DNA from: Podarcis vaucheri
Lineage: Eukaryota
Length of the DNA: 64,000 nucleotides
Reading direction: 5' to 3' (one strand)
Assembly: GCA_965113315.1 (NCBI GenBank)
Contig: OZ220376.1
In this document: positions 24,401-37,429 of the stretch, piece after piece
Layout of the letters: the number at the start of each line of letters is the position of its first letter
Numbering within the stretch: position 1 is the stretch's first letter
The notes under the pieces: generated by a model
Told to the model about the DNA's origin: nothing
Seen by the model: only the letters and a program-made list of their open reading frames with translations
Databases searched by the model: none
Translations under genes and position numbers: made by a program

Positions 24401-27400
24401 GAGCCATAAATGCAAAGCACATAGTTTCCCCTCAAAGAATCCTGGGAACTGTAGTTTACCCCCTCACTGAGCTACAGTTCCCAGCACCCTTAGCAAACTA
24501 TGGATCTCAGGATTCTTTGGGGGAATCCATGTTCTTGATAATACAAATAATACATGATAATACAAATATTAGTAAGAATGTTATTTAATGCAACACATCC
24601 TATTATATAAGCCTTTCAGTATTCCTACAATATCTCGATAACGAAACCTTTGACATCACAATTATTTTTTGTAGCACTTTCAAAAATATAGGTTGAATAT
24701 TTGCTAATATTTCCTTTATAGCAGGAAACAATATGACCCTGAATGTTATACCTATTTCATACATAGAGCTCTGTGCCCTGTGTGTGTGTATTTGATTGTT
24801 GGATTCCATTTACCAGTTTTCTCACAATTTTATATGGGTGTACCATCCTTGTTAGGGACGCGGGTGGCGCTGTGGGTAAAAGCCTCAGCGCCTAGGGCTT
24901 GCCGATCGTAAGGTCGGCGGTTCGAATCCCCGCGGCGGGGTGCGCTCCCGCTGCTCGGTCCCAGCGCCTGCCAACCTAGCAGTTCGAAAGCACCTCCGGG
25001 TGCAAGTAGATAAATAGGTACCGCTTACCAGCGGGAAGGTAAACGGCGTTCCGTGTGCTGCGCTGGCTCGCCAGATGCAGCTTTGTCACGCTGGCCACGT
25101 GACCCGGAAGTGTCTCCGGACAGCGCTGGCCCCCGGCCTATAGATGTGAGATGGGCGCACAAACCCCAGAGTCTGTCAAGACTGGCCCGTTCGGGCAGGG
25201 GTACCTTTACCTTTACCTTACCATCCTTGTTAACTTTATAAATTCTAGCTTTTCCCATATATTTCTAATTAATTTTTGCTTTCTCAGAACCTGGCTTTGC
25301 TTCCATGGTTTAGCAAAGAATATCCTTGCTGAAGTTAATATATATAACATCTGTTTTTTGGTGTTTTCTGAAATTCTCACTACTTTGTGTATAATTTAGA
25401 TGAAGACACAATAATGGCTCTGCATTTGCCTGAATTATTCTCATTAGCAAGAAAAATAAACCTCCCTTCTGAACAGAAGGCATCCTGTCTTACTTCCCCC
25501 TTAATGTTGATGATGATGATGATGTACATTTGATACATAAGCTTCTCCACAATGGTGATTTTCCAGAGTTTACCATAGTTCAGTACTCTTTATTCAGTAC
25601 TTTTATTCTAATAGGATGAAGATGGAGAAAACCCGGAGAAGAATGAGGTGATGGCTCACCCAGTTGCAGAACGCCTAGACATCCTGATGATTGTCTTGTT
25701 TTCATACGTTAAAGATATCTGCCATGTGAACGGTAATTACCCCTGCACAATGTGCTTGAATTATTTCTTTGAGATAGATAGTGAGGAGGCAGCAGAGATG
25801 ATAGAAATAATCTGTGGGACAACCTAGCAGGAGATTCCCGAATATCATGCTGCAGGCTTAAAGTGGGTAAAAGGAAGCAAGACAGGCCTTTGTGTAGATG
25901 TTTGTATTAAGGGCAGGAGAAAGTTATGCCAGATGAGATTAGCCATGTGGAGTTTTATCAGTGCCTTTTTAGTCAAAATATTTAAATATTTTTTTAGAGT
26001 CGATTGCCACTCTTAGTGACATTGACAAAATCAAACACCTGCTGTCTAATCTGGCTAAGCCTGTTATGTTCAATACAGCTGTGTGTGCTGTGAAACCTTC
26101 CCAACTCGGGAAAACCCATGAAACCAGCTTTGCGACCTGATATATATGTTTTTGTATATTACATGTGTTTATTACATATGTTTATATTTACTGCCACTGC
26201 TTGCTTGCTAAAATTGCTTGCTTTTCTTTTGTTTGTTTCTTGCTATAACCTGTATTTGGTTGGCCAATAAAATTTTGATTTAAAAAACATTACTGTAAAC
26301 ATAAAAATTCGGCATGCTGTTTCTTGGTACGATGCTGCGGTAACAGAAATGTTTTTTTGTTCTCAGGGAAGCTTGATATTGGCAACACCAAGGATTTGTA
26401 TCGGGATCTGGTGACAGTGTTTGATAAGCTCATTTTGCCGACCCATGGCTCATGTCACGTTCAGTACATCATGTTCTACCTCTCTAGCTTCAAACTGGTG
26501 CGTACAGTTAATTGCCTCTCTTGCTCTGCTTTGCTCCTATTTATTGATATGGGGAGCCATCCCAGACCCCCTAAATGTGCGGGGGGGGGGGGCTGCAAGG
26601 AACTGTGGCCTAGGCCTTGGGGGTCAGAGCTAAAAGCATCCGCAGTTGTCTTGGTGAGCAAGATCTGAGTAAGGACGCTACTTCCAACATATGCAGGCAT
26701 GTTGATTGCTTTCACTGCCAAAAAGGTTCCTGTTTGCTGGGTATCTTCCTGAAGTCAGGGTGGACTTTCAGGTGTTACTGGACTTACATCTCCCCTCATC
26801 CCTGATCATTGGACATGCTGGCTGGGACTGATGGGAGTTGGAGCCAATCTGGAGGGCTACATGTTCCTCACCCCCTACTCCCAGAAGTAACTGATGCCTG
26901 CAAATAGTGTCCATGGATTTAGTTTCCACGGCATTTGATGTCTTGCCACATGTGACTCTGTCTTACAGGGAATTGCAGAAGCCTTTGTGGAGCATCTTTG
27001 GAAAATGCTTCGTAATCCAAATACTCCGGCTGTGATCAGGCAGGCTGCTGCCAACTACACCGGCAGCTTTTTGGCACGGGCAAAGTTTGTTCCGGTTGTG
27101 TAAGTAGCCTACCAGCTTCCTTTTTGTAGTTACTGATCTGCTGTGCAAGGCTAGATATGTGGAATTGAGGAGTGCAGTGAAGGAGCTCATGCGATGGAGA
27201 CTCAGCTGTCATAGGAAGCTGCCTTACGCTGTCCGACCAATGGCCCATTTTGCTCAGTATTGTCTAACTCTGACTGGCAGCAGCTCTCCGGGGTTTTGGG
27301 TGGGGAACATTCCCAGCCTGAGCTGGAGATGCCAGGGTTTGAATCTGGGATCTTCTGCATGCAAAGCAGTTGCTTTAATACTGAGTTTACATATCTTTCC

Positions 27401-30400
27401 CAAGGACTAGCTTATCCTGGACTACTAAGTGTTTCCTATTTTTGGTGTCCCATTCTGCCATGCAGGCAGCTGCCTGGGGCAGTAGAATGCAAAGGGTGGG
27501 AGATGCAAGTGTCCCAGAACATCCCAAGAGCCACAGATTACCTACCCCTGAGCTAAGTCTTGAATAGCATTATAGGTAGAGTGGTCCCCATAACCAAGCT
27601 TCTTTTCCGGCGTTTGGTGGTCAACTTTGATGTCCAGAACCACACAAGGAATTTTGTCTTAAGCCTTTCTTCAAGTCAGCCCTTGCTCTGACTTGTCTGT
27701 GCAAAAACATGAGAAGCCCTCCTGCATCAGGCCAAAAGCCATCTAGTTCAGCATCCTGTTCTTGCTTTGCTCAACCTGTGGGAAGCCCCCAGGCGGGACC
27801 TGAGCACGGCAGCACACTCCCCACTTGCGATTCCCAGGAGCTGGTCTTCAGAGGCCTATTGGCTGTGGCAGTGGAAGGAGAGCATGGCTTGTAGAAATTG
27901 GACAGCCTTCTCCTTGACTATGCGGAATCCTCTTTTAAAGCCGTCCATCACTACCATCTTATAGGATCCAACTCCTTTAATGATGCACTGTGTGAAAGAA
28001 GTACAGTGGTACCTCGGGTTAAGTACTTAATTCGTTCAGGAGGGCCGTACTTAACCTGAAACTGTTCTTAACCTGAAGCACCACTTTAGCTAATGGGGCC
28101 TCCTGCTGCCACCGCGCCACCAGAACACGATTTCTGTTCTTATCCTGAAGCAAAGTTTTTAACCTGAAGCACTATTTCTGGGTTAGCGGAGTTGTAACCT
28201 GAAGCGTATGTAACCCAAGGTACCACTGTACTTCCATCTGGTTGCTCTGAATCTTACAACAGCAGTGTTCTAGTACAGTGGTACCTCTGGTTGCAAACGG
28301 GATCCGTTCTGGAAGTCCGTTCGCAACATGAAAAGAGTGCAACCCGCAGCGGTGCATCTGCGCACCCGTGGGTTGCTATTTGCCACTTCTGCGCATGCCT
28401 GTGATGTCACTTTGCGTGTCTGCGCATGCGCTAGTGGCGAAACCCGGAAGTAACCCTTTCCGGTACTTCCGGGTCGCCGCAGGACGTATCCTGAAAGAAC
28501 GTAACATGAAGCAAACGTAACATGAGGTATGACTGTATTTACTTATCTGCTTTCCTCACTTCAGGTGCATCATTGTATACACCTTAAGCCTTCAGTCTTC
28601 ACCTGGACTCCAGCTACTGCCATTCACCCTTTCTGTTTGCTTCAATTCCCTTATTGCTCTGCTCTGTAGCTGGAGTCCTTTCAGCCGATTTCCAAATACT
28701 GGTTTTGTTTTGCAAATAGATGGAATGCTTTTGGCATGCCCAGATGCATTTTTGGCTTTGTGACCAAGCCTGAACTGCTAACAAGAATGTAGTTGCCTCG
28801 TTGCACCTTGTCCCAAATGGTAGCTACTGACCCACTTGTGAAATGCAGGACAGCTGCCCTCAATTAGGCTTTTTTCCTTTGGTCCCATTGCAGTACAGTG
28901 AAAACCTGCCTGGACTTGCTGGTCAACTGGCTGCACGTGTACATCGACAACCAGGGCACAGGGGCGAAAGCCTTTTGCGACATCACTCTTCACGGGCCCT
29001 TTTATGCTGCCTGCCAGGCTGCGTTCTACGTGATCATCTTTCGTCACAAGCAAATAGTGGACGGAAACCTAAAGAAAGGTGTGTATATGGGGAAAACACA
29101 GCTCAGGCAGAATTTGGCAGTTTAATAGCTGAATGGCTCACAGCGAGAAGCAGGTGCGTGGGGACTGTTCTCATTAGTACTTGGGCACATCTTTGCAGTT
29201 CTCCGTTGGGGAGCCATGAATAAGTTTACAGAGCAGAACAAATATAGGTGGAAGAGCATTTAGGAGATTCCTCTTTTGAACTGGAGTTAATTCAGTTGAA
29301 TTAGGAGGGCCATAGCTCAATGGTAGAGCATCTCCAGTAGGGCTGAAACCCTGGAGAGCTACTGGCCATCTGTGGAGAACACTGAGTAGTGGTCTGCCTT
29401 GGCATGACAGCTTTCTGTGTTCCTAACTTTCCTTTGACCCACCAGATAAGACCATCTCTGTTGGAGTCCATTTTAGACATTTCTATTCAATGCATCTAAA
29501 GCATTTAGTAGCATTCACGCTGTATGTTTTATCTGCCAGGAATTACCGTGCCTTCTTGTTGCATGTGTGCAGCTTTTAGAAACAAACGTTTTTCCCCTGT
29601 AGCATTCAAAGCGGCACCGAGCCTCATGGGCATTGTGAAAAATGCATATTGCCTAAACAGTTTTCGCTTTCCTAAGCGCTAAATGTTCTTTGCTCGTTTT
29701 GTTTTGAAGGTTTGGCCTTCCTGCAGAGCTTAAACCTTGAACGCATTGTGATGTGTCAGCTGAACCCCCTGAAGGTCTGCTTGCCTTCCATTGTGAATTT
29801 TTTTGCTGCCATTACCAGGTAAGCGTCTTAAAAAAAAAAAAAAGCTCTATTGAATATTGTTAATTGAATACAGAAATATAGATGTCAAAATATATATAAT
29901 AGGCCCTTGCAGATGTGTGCTCTGCTTGTTTGGACAATGCTTGTAGGCTGGAAGGCCGAATTGTGACATTAAATTCAACCCCCTGCCCAGCATCTCAGCT
30001 GTGCAAGCCCTGCTGCCCCCCAGGGTGCTCCCAATGTATGCAATTTTAGTCACTCATTGTGGGAGTGCCAGTACTGGGAGAGGAGAAGCCAGATGTGATT
30101 GGGTCCCACCTGAGCCAATAGAAAGGGGCTTAGCTGTTTTTGGTGCGCTTGTTTATGTGGCTGCATCTCTCTTCTTAAAAGCGAAACTTCAGCCAGCCAT
30201 TTTTGCTCTCTTCCAGGAAATACCAAATCGCATTCTGCGACACCATCATCGAGAGGAACAGGCGGCAGGTTTTGCCAGTTGTAAGAAGCAGCTGTGGGGG
30301 TGACTCTGTTGAGACTTGCACAAACCCCCTTGACAGCTATTTCCCGTTTGACCCTTATATTCTCAAAAGGTATCTAATTCCAGACATCAGCGAACCTTCT

Positions 30401-31704
30401 TTTACTTACTATGGAAAGAGCCTCCTCGGCACTTCCAAGCAAAGCACTCCTTACTGTGTTCAGCTCAGGTTTACAGGCTGTATTTTGCTTTTCATTTCCC
30501 ATTACAAGTTCTTGATGCAGTAGTGTTGTGGCGATCTGGGTGGGGAGGAACTGTGTCATGTCAATCTTGTGCAGCTGTGTCCAGCTGGATACAGTGGTAC
30601 CTCGGGTTAAGTACTTAATTCGTTCCGGAGGTCCTTACTTAACCTGAAACTGTTCTTAACCTGAAGCACCACTTTAGCTAATGGGGCCTCCTGCTGCTTC
30701 CGCGCCGCCGGAGCACGATTTCTCTTCTCATCCTGAAGCAAAGTTCTTAACCTGAAGCACTATTTCTGGGTTAGCAGAGTCTGTAACCTGAAGCGTATGT
30801 AACCCGAGGTACCACTGTACTTTGGTGGTGTAGCACCAGCATAGGATTGGTGGGGAGAGTCCTTGCTCAGTACCAATTGCACTGTTTGTGGGGTTCTCAT
30901 TTCCTCTTGATGCGTGTTCCATTTTTTACTTTTGAAACCTCTGAGCTTGTTGATGGCTCCCCTCTTGTTCATACAAAGTGTTGTTTTGGCTGCTCAAACT
31001 GAGTTTGCTATTGGCATGTAGGATGGTTTCATTATTAACATTTCCATGTCCTTTTAAGGCAGAGGGGAGGATAAGTCTAGAAAGCATTGGCATGGCCACC
31101 TGGCCTCAGAGTTAGGCAATTGGGAGAAGACTTTGTACTGTATAGAATGGCCATTAAACTGACTTTGCCCTCTTGCAGTGGGGGAAACTAACCCATTGAA
31201 GGTTAGCCTCTTCCACTGTAGGGGAATCTGGATGGCACCGGAATTGCCTTGTGATCAGCACATGCATCTGCTTTCTTCTACTCTCTTTATATCATGCCTT
31301 TTGCAGATCAAAGAACATAATCAACCCATTATATCAGTTTTGGGAAGAGGAGTGTTCTGAAGACCTCATAGAGGCTACAGACTCCATTAATGAGGTGAGC
31401 AATTTTATTCAAACACAGCCTTTAGTTCTGACATGATGCCTTCCCTTGGAGTACATTTTTGTTCCCGTGTTTTTTGGTCTGGTACAAAATCCTCAGTCTA
31501 GATAGCAAAAAAACAAATTAAGTGAAAAGTACTTCCATTTCCTTTTGTGTGTGTGTGCAGAGCAAAGGTGAAGAGGAAGATGACTTTCTGAAAGGCGAAA
31601 CTCCTCAAAATGATGGCATTGGTGGATTGACATCAGGCTCCTTTGACTCTACACTTCAGAGTTCAGAAAACTGCCTAGGGTCACTGCCAGTTCCATCACT
31701 ATAG
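18455..31704 (+). CDS. RRN3: RNA polymerase I transcription initiation factor RRN3 (TIF-IA), 599 aa
   Basis: Coding exons 18455-18547, 18948-19004, 20631-20720, 20815-20944, 21075-21131, 21871-21934, 22837-22906, 23499-23597, 24282-24362, 25615-25732, 26367-26497, 26969-27099, 28894-29078, 29710-29818, 30217-30369, 31307-31394, 31561-31704 join in phase to 1800 nt. Motifs SPPRKTVRFGG, HGPFYAACQA, NPLDSYFPFDP. ATTAAA at 31931-31936. Confidence 0.97.
21439..21713. mobile_element. hAT-Ac-type MITE
   Basis: TIRs TAGGGCTGGGTGATA / TATCGCCCAGCCCTG; TSD CCACTCAC / CCACTCCC. Confidence 0.8.
23670..23799. mobile_element. Palindromic ~130-bp hAT MITE (MER5-like)
   Basis: AGGCATAGGCAAACTC...GAGTTTGCCTATGCCT; nearly fully self-complementary. 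Confidence 0.75.
24855..25218 (+). mobile_element. Full-length young Sauria SINE
   Basis: tRNA-like head with B box GGTTCGAATCC; (ACCTTT)n tail; perfect 14-bp TSD TACCATCCTTGTTA; CpGs intact. Confidence 0.92.
28004..28228. mobile_element. Tc1/mariner-pogo-type MITE
   Basis: TA + CAGTGGTACCTCGGGTTA...TAACCCAAGGTACCACTG + TA. Confidence 0.88.
28276..28535. mobile_element. Tigger/pogo-type MITE (related copy at about 52152-52393)
   Basis: TA + CAGTGGTACCTC...GAGGTATGACTG + TA. Confidence 0.75.
30592..30817. mobile_element. Tc1/mariner-pogo-type MITE
   Basis: TA-flanked perfect TIR CAGTGGTACCTCGGGTTA. Confidence 0.88.
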
Positions 31705-32867
31705 ATGCTGCTGTGACCTTCCAAGAGCATATACAAAGTCGTCGGGGCAATCGTTCTGATAGAGACCCTTTTGTTTATTTGCACAGTTCCTAAACCGATT
31801 TCTTGGAACAATACTGAAAGCAAAACTGAAACAAACATGTGGATACTTTCAACTGGGGTGTGTTCACTTCATTTTGTAAGCTGTATGAATTTAACAATTT
31901 CCTTTTGCTTTGCAATGGCTCATCTAGTGTATTAAATATATTAAAGACTATGAATCAGAGAAGTGTGTTGCTAGTTCTTGGATGCCCAGCCAAGCTTTTG
32001 ACTATGTCCTGCCCCAGCAGCAAAGAGCTCCATTCCAAGTTTTGGAACTAAGCAGGGTTTGCCAAAGCGTGGAAAATATAATAGGAAAACTGATGCTTTT
32101 TTTTATACTGAGTCAGACCACCTAGCTCAGTCTTGCCTACACTGAGTGGTAACAGTTTTCTAGGATTCCCAACCTACAGATGCTGAGTGTTGATCCTGCA
32201 GCCTTCTGTATGCAAGGCTACTACTCTAGCCCTTTCCAATTAAGAGCCAAAGAAGTTTACACTTATGTACTTTTTGTTTGCATGTGCAGATAATCCTCAA
32301 TTCCCAAAGTCAGAGCTTTCCCTGCCAGCTGGAACTTGCCAGAACTCAGTTCTGGCACCTCTCAGGTGGGCACCATTACCATTAAAAGAGAACACGGGAG
32401 GCATTCGTGGAGAGTCCCGGCACCTTTCTCTCTAGAAAACTAGCACCGCCCAAAGTTTTAAGTTCACCATGGAGTATAGCAACCATGCATGGTTCCATTT
32501 ACAAGTTTCGTTGACAGGCTGGATCTGGATTCCATATTGTGCTAGGTGTGTGTTTCATGTGTAAGGATAGCCGGATGCAAAAGTTCTGAACAAAGGCATG
32601 CACATAGCACACTGGACCCCCAAACCCCTCCAACTTACTTATGGGTTCAGGTCCAGGGGCCTGTGTGCAAAGTCTGGAATCCCTGGAGCCCGCAAGGTGG
32701 AGGGCTGCTTATCCACCTCGGGAAAGGAGGCATGAAGGTTATGGGAGCTTCCCAGAGTCCTCCTACAACCTTTCCAGAGCCTGGTAAACAAGAAAACCCG
32801 CTGGGGGGGGGGGAGAGAAGAGAATAAATGCTGAGCCAGGAATGGTGGATTTCCTCCACTCTCCCAT

Positions 32868-32898
<31 letters not shown>

Positions 32899-33699
32899 CA
32901 CCCGCCCCCCTAAACAAAACCAACCACATCCAATTGCAACTGTGTATGTAAAGGGAGCTTATGTTGCAGGTTTACTATATAGTTTAACTGGGATTTTTTC
33001 TTTAAAAAATGCAGAATGTAGGTAGAGATGACAAGGATGAAAATGCTCATCCCACGATACCTATGGCAGACCTTCCTAATGCTGGGCTTTTTGGTCCCAG
33101 CAGCCTCCTCCTCTCTACAGCCCTCCTTCAGGCTCCCAAACCCAAAATGATTGTTAATTGCTATGCCCCACCACTTCAGTTCTTAATCCATTTATTAAAC
33201 TTACACAGTTTTAAGCAGGAAGATAGTCATGTACATGATAAAGTCACACCTCCTGGGACTGCAGATCCCGCAAACAGCAACAGCAGCTGCCTCTTGCGTT
33301 AGTTCACACAGGAGAGCTGCTTCCTCTCTTCTCCCGAACTCCAGCTCCTGGTCCCTGGTCATCTACTGGTTAGGATTGGACAGCATCGCTATTCTCCAGC
33401 ACTTCCGTACCTAGGAAGAGAGTTGCACTCAGAGGTTGCCCAAGTTCTTTTTTCTGAACATCAGTGGGGGGGGGGGGGGACAGACGACCAAGTCGGGAGG
33501 CTTTTGTTCCTGCTTCTGCTGATTTCCATGCTCTTCCTATGAGTACAGCTGGCTGCTGCCCCAAATATCAATGCAAGAGAAGGGCTGTTTGCTGAGCAGC
33601 AAGAGCCAAGAGCTGGTAGGGAGAGGCAGCGGTGAAGTCTGCTCCACAGTGCCTGGCAGCCCCATGTTGGGGTCACATCACAATCCTGGAGACAATGGA

Positions 33700-33954
33700 G
33701 TTCAGGGTGAGAGTATGAAGAATCTCAGGAAGGAACCAGGCAGAGGGCCTTCTCGGTAGTGGCGCCCTCCATGTGGAACGCCCTCCCACCAGATGTCAAA
33801 GAGAGCAACAACTACCAGACTTTTAGAAGACATCTGAAGGCAGCCCTGCTTAGGGAAGCTTTTAATGTTTGATGTATCATAGTATTTTAATATTCTTTTG
33901 GAAGCCGCCCAGAGTGGCTGGGGAAACCCAGCCAGATGGGCGGGGTATAAATAA

Positions 33955-33993
<39 letters not shown>
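33700..33993 (+). mobile_element. L2 LINE 3' end with (ATT)n tail
   Basis: agggccttctcggtagtggcgccc..tggaacgccctccc..gaagccgcccagag..gggcggggtataaat followed by an (ATT)n microsatellite. Confidence 0.7.
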
Positions 33994-33995
<2 letters not shown>

Positions 33996-34664
33996 GAATG
34001 TATTTAAGTCACATTGTGTTTCCCCAAACTTAATAGTTTCACACCAGGTGTTGTGTTGCTGGATTCCCAGCTCCCACCAGCCTCCCAGGCAGCAAAGGAT
34101 GATGGGAGTTGTAGTCCATCAACATTTGGAAGGCTAGAGATTCTCCTCACCTCTGCTCTACAAAATGCATTTCTGGGCCCCAAACAGTCAGCTAATTACA
34201 TACCTCGGCATAGCCAGCTCTTTCCTTCACAATATCTTCACTGCAATCAGGCCAGCTTTTAAGAAAGAGGAACCTTGACTTCTTGGGCAACGACTCAGAC
34301 GATATTCCCAATACCTCCCTCGCTCCCTAACATCTCCATTAAAAACGAGCGTGTTCAAGAAGAAACTATGGCAATAGCCTCTCCATGACGCCATGGCTGA
34401 GCAAGGATCATCAGTGTGACCTGCAGGCTGAAGAAAGGGGCAGAAACAATGGCTGTCAAAGGACATGTGCAAAATTAATTGAAAAATAATGAGCGAATAG
34501 CCCCTATTCCTCATTGTAAATAACTGTCAGGATACCCAGACTATAAACCAAAAGGTGGCTCTTCCCTCCCTCGTTCATCTCTTAAGGCTACAATCTGAAC
34601 CCCATTCGCCTGAGAGCAAGCCCCACTGTAGCCAAAAGAACTTGCTTCTGAGTAGACATGCTTT

Positions 34665-35016
34665 TAAAGGTAAAGGGACCCCTGACCATTAGGTCGAGTC
34701 GTGGCCGACTCTGGGGTTGTGACTCTCATCTCGCTTTATTGGCCGAGGGAGCTGGCGTACAGCTTCCGGGTCATGTGGCCAGCATGACTAAGCCGCTTCT
34801 GGCGAACCAGAGCAGCACACGGAAATGCCGTTTACCTTCCCGCCGGAGCAGTACCTATTTATCTACTTGCACTTTGATGTGCTTTTGAAGTGCTATGTTG
34901 GCAGGAGCAGGGACCGAGCAATGAGAGCTCATCCCGTCGCAGGGATTTGAACCGCCAACCTTCTGATCAGCAAGCCCTAGGCTCTGTAGTTTAACCGACA
35001 GCACCACCCGCATCCC
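34665..35016 (-). mobile_element. Sauria SINE
   Basis: AAAGGT tail and body shared with the other copies. Confidence 0.88.
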
Positions 35017-35322
35017 AGGTGCAGGATAGGGTTGCTCTTTTAACGGTTGCTCAGCCCTAAACCAACGTTTCAAACTGGCTTTGAAAGACTCACAAGCCAA
35101 GCGAAGATCTGCATCGACATTCCAAAAGGGCCAGGAAGCTTTGTGGTGAAGAGCTAGCTAGCCTGGTCGCCACAAGCGATCAGGAGTTCCATACAAGTGA
35201 GCAAGCAGGCTTGATGGAAAGCACTGAGCAGGATTTTTCCATAGCCATTCCATCCCTCTTCCAACCAACAGCAACTTACCGTAAATTTCTATGCTATCTG
35301 CTGAGGAAGAAAATCTCTTTCT

Positions 35323-35822
35323 TGTGGTTCGAGGACCCGACCCCAGCGAAGTGAAATGAAGACACAGGGACACGTGATGTAAGGTTAATGGGCTGGAAAA
35401 GGCCACAACTTTATTAGTTACAGCAATGAAAAGGTATTGGCTTAGGCATTGGATCAAAACAAATGGGTTATTCACCAGTAGGTGGAGCCTGTTGATGCTA
35501 ATCCAACTATAGGCTCACCCCCTGATGTCACTGAGGGTCGTGACATGGCCTCCCGCCAAGCAGGCATCGGAAGGAATACACGACCCCCAGATTCCTTTAA
35601 CGGAATACCCCTAAAAATTGAAGGCATAGGCGATGGCTCGCGAGGAGGCGAAGGAAGAATGAGGCCATGGAAGGCTGGCGCTGCAGCAAAAGGCTGCTGG
35701 ACACGCCCCCTCCGTGGCACCTGATTGGGTGGCCACCGGGGGGGGGGGCGTGAGCGCCAGCCAGGTGAGCTGGAGGCAGGGGGCCACGCCCCCTGCTAGC
35801 CAGAGCTCGGGCCCCAACCACA
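35323..35822 (-). mobile_element. Putative LTR (~500 bp) with adjacent polypurine tract
   Basis: TGTGGTT...AACCACA termini; on the minus strand GC boxes, CCAAT (35724-35728) and AATAAA (35410-35415); purine tract at 35824-35840. Confidence 0.6.
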
Positions 35823-36266
35823 ACCCCTCCCCTCTCTTTCAGGGAGGAGAGTCTTTCACAACCAGAATGGATATAACACACTGCCCCTCTTCCGTAAGTC
35901 TTGTGGGAAATGGGTAATTTGTTTATTTTTACTGAGCCTGCTGTTTCCATTATGCTGCAGTTGAAAAACTTAAGAGCCCTCTCTGCTCAGGGCTGGTTAG
36001 TCAGGCCCTCTCTTAAACTGATGCATACCTGGCATTGGGTCCAGACAGCAGCAATGTCCCAAATGTGGTAGGGAGCTGAAATTTTAATCTCCCACTTTGC
36101 CCTGGAGCACACAACACAGTGTCACTTGAAAGCGTTCTCGGAAATTTGTAATGGCATGTAAACCAAACTTCACCATCACAAAATGGCTGCCAAGGATGGG
36201 GGACTAAGGCAGACACAAAACACCCATTTCATACAAGGTGAAACTGGTGAGGCTAGAATACAAGTA

Positions 36267-36507
36267 CAGTGGTACCTCGGGCTTAGAACGTAATTCGTTC
36301 TGGAGGTCCGTTCTTAACCTGAAACTGTTCTTAACCTGAAGCACCACTTTAGATAATGGGGTCTCCTGCTGCCGCTGCGCCGCCGGAGCACGATTTCCAT
36401 TCTCATCCTGAAGCAAAGTTCTTAAATTGAGGTAATATTTCTGGGTTAGCGGAGTCATACCTGAAGTGTATACATACCTGAAGTGTATGTAACCCGAGGT
36501 ACCACTG
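36267..36507. mobile_element. Tc1/mariner-pogo-type MITE
   Basis: TA-flanked CAGTGGTACCTCGGG TIRs. Confidence 0.88.
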
Positions 36508-37429
36508 TAACTTGCCCAAGAAACTGAGTACAAGGCAGAAGTGGGGGGGTCTGAGCTCCGAAACACAAAACTACTTTCAACCTACATAATAAACCCATTT
36601 CACGTGAGCCAGGCTATTTTCTCTGCCAACCAACTAGGGTTGCCAACTCTGGCTAAGGAAATCCCCAAATTCTAATTTCTACATGATGAGTTACTTATCT
36701 AAATGTTGGTTAGGATTACAGGCCCCATTTCACCCCTTCAATTCACCTTTTAGCCCCTGGGAAGAGTGGCGGCGGGTTTTCTCAACTACCCACCCTCTTG
36801 ACGCCATTTCTGATTAAATCCTTGTTAAATCTTCCCTCCCTGCAGCTAGGCCAAGACAGGACACTTCATACTGAAATAACTTGCAATTAAATGTGACGTT
36901 TTTACCTGCATTTCCTGTGTTGGCTTCCTTCTTTCTACATTTGTACCGGAGCCAACCACCTGTTTCTAGCGGGTACCTGACGTGATTCAGTGATGCCAAC
37001 CTTCCAAAGTCTGAGAGTTACACCAAGGGATCCACAAATGCCTTGGGTGTGGAACGGGGTGGGGTTCAGCAAAAATCAGGCAGTGGCACCTTGCAACATT
37101 CGATGTTGGAAAAGCAGAATAGAAAAATTTAATTAGCTAAAACACTTTGAGAACCACTTGTTGCAGAACTTAAATCACCAACCTGGTCCCCAAGCTGGAC
37201 TATAACTCCCATCAACCCCAGAAGCATGATGGGAATGGTAGTCCAACAACCTTTGGATGGGTCCACACTGGCTACCTTTCCTGTAAAGGAAGAGTAAATA
37301 TTTGGAATTGTTGGAGGCCCCTGCCACAGAATCTCAGCTAACAGGTGAGAGTGGAGGCCCTGAACTGTGTGAAGCTTCAAAGAATCATTGTTTTCCATCT
37401 CAGCTACTGATGTGCTACATCTATCCATC

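Noticed and set aside
18548-31560. Intronic snoRNAs in RRN3 (plausible for a ribosome-biogenesis gene)
   Set aside because: I saw no convincing box C/D pair with a terminal stem and no H/ACA structure by eye; an Rfam/Infernal scan is needed to exclude them.
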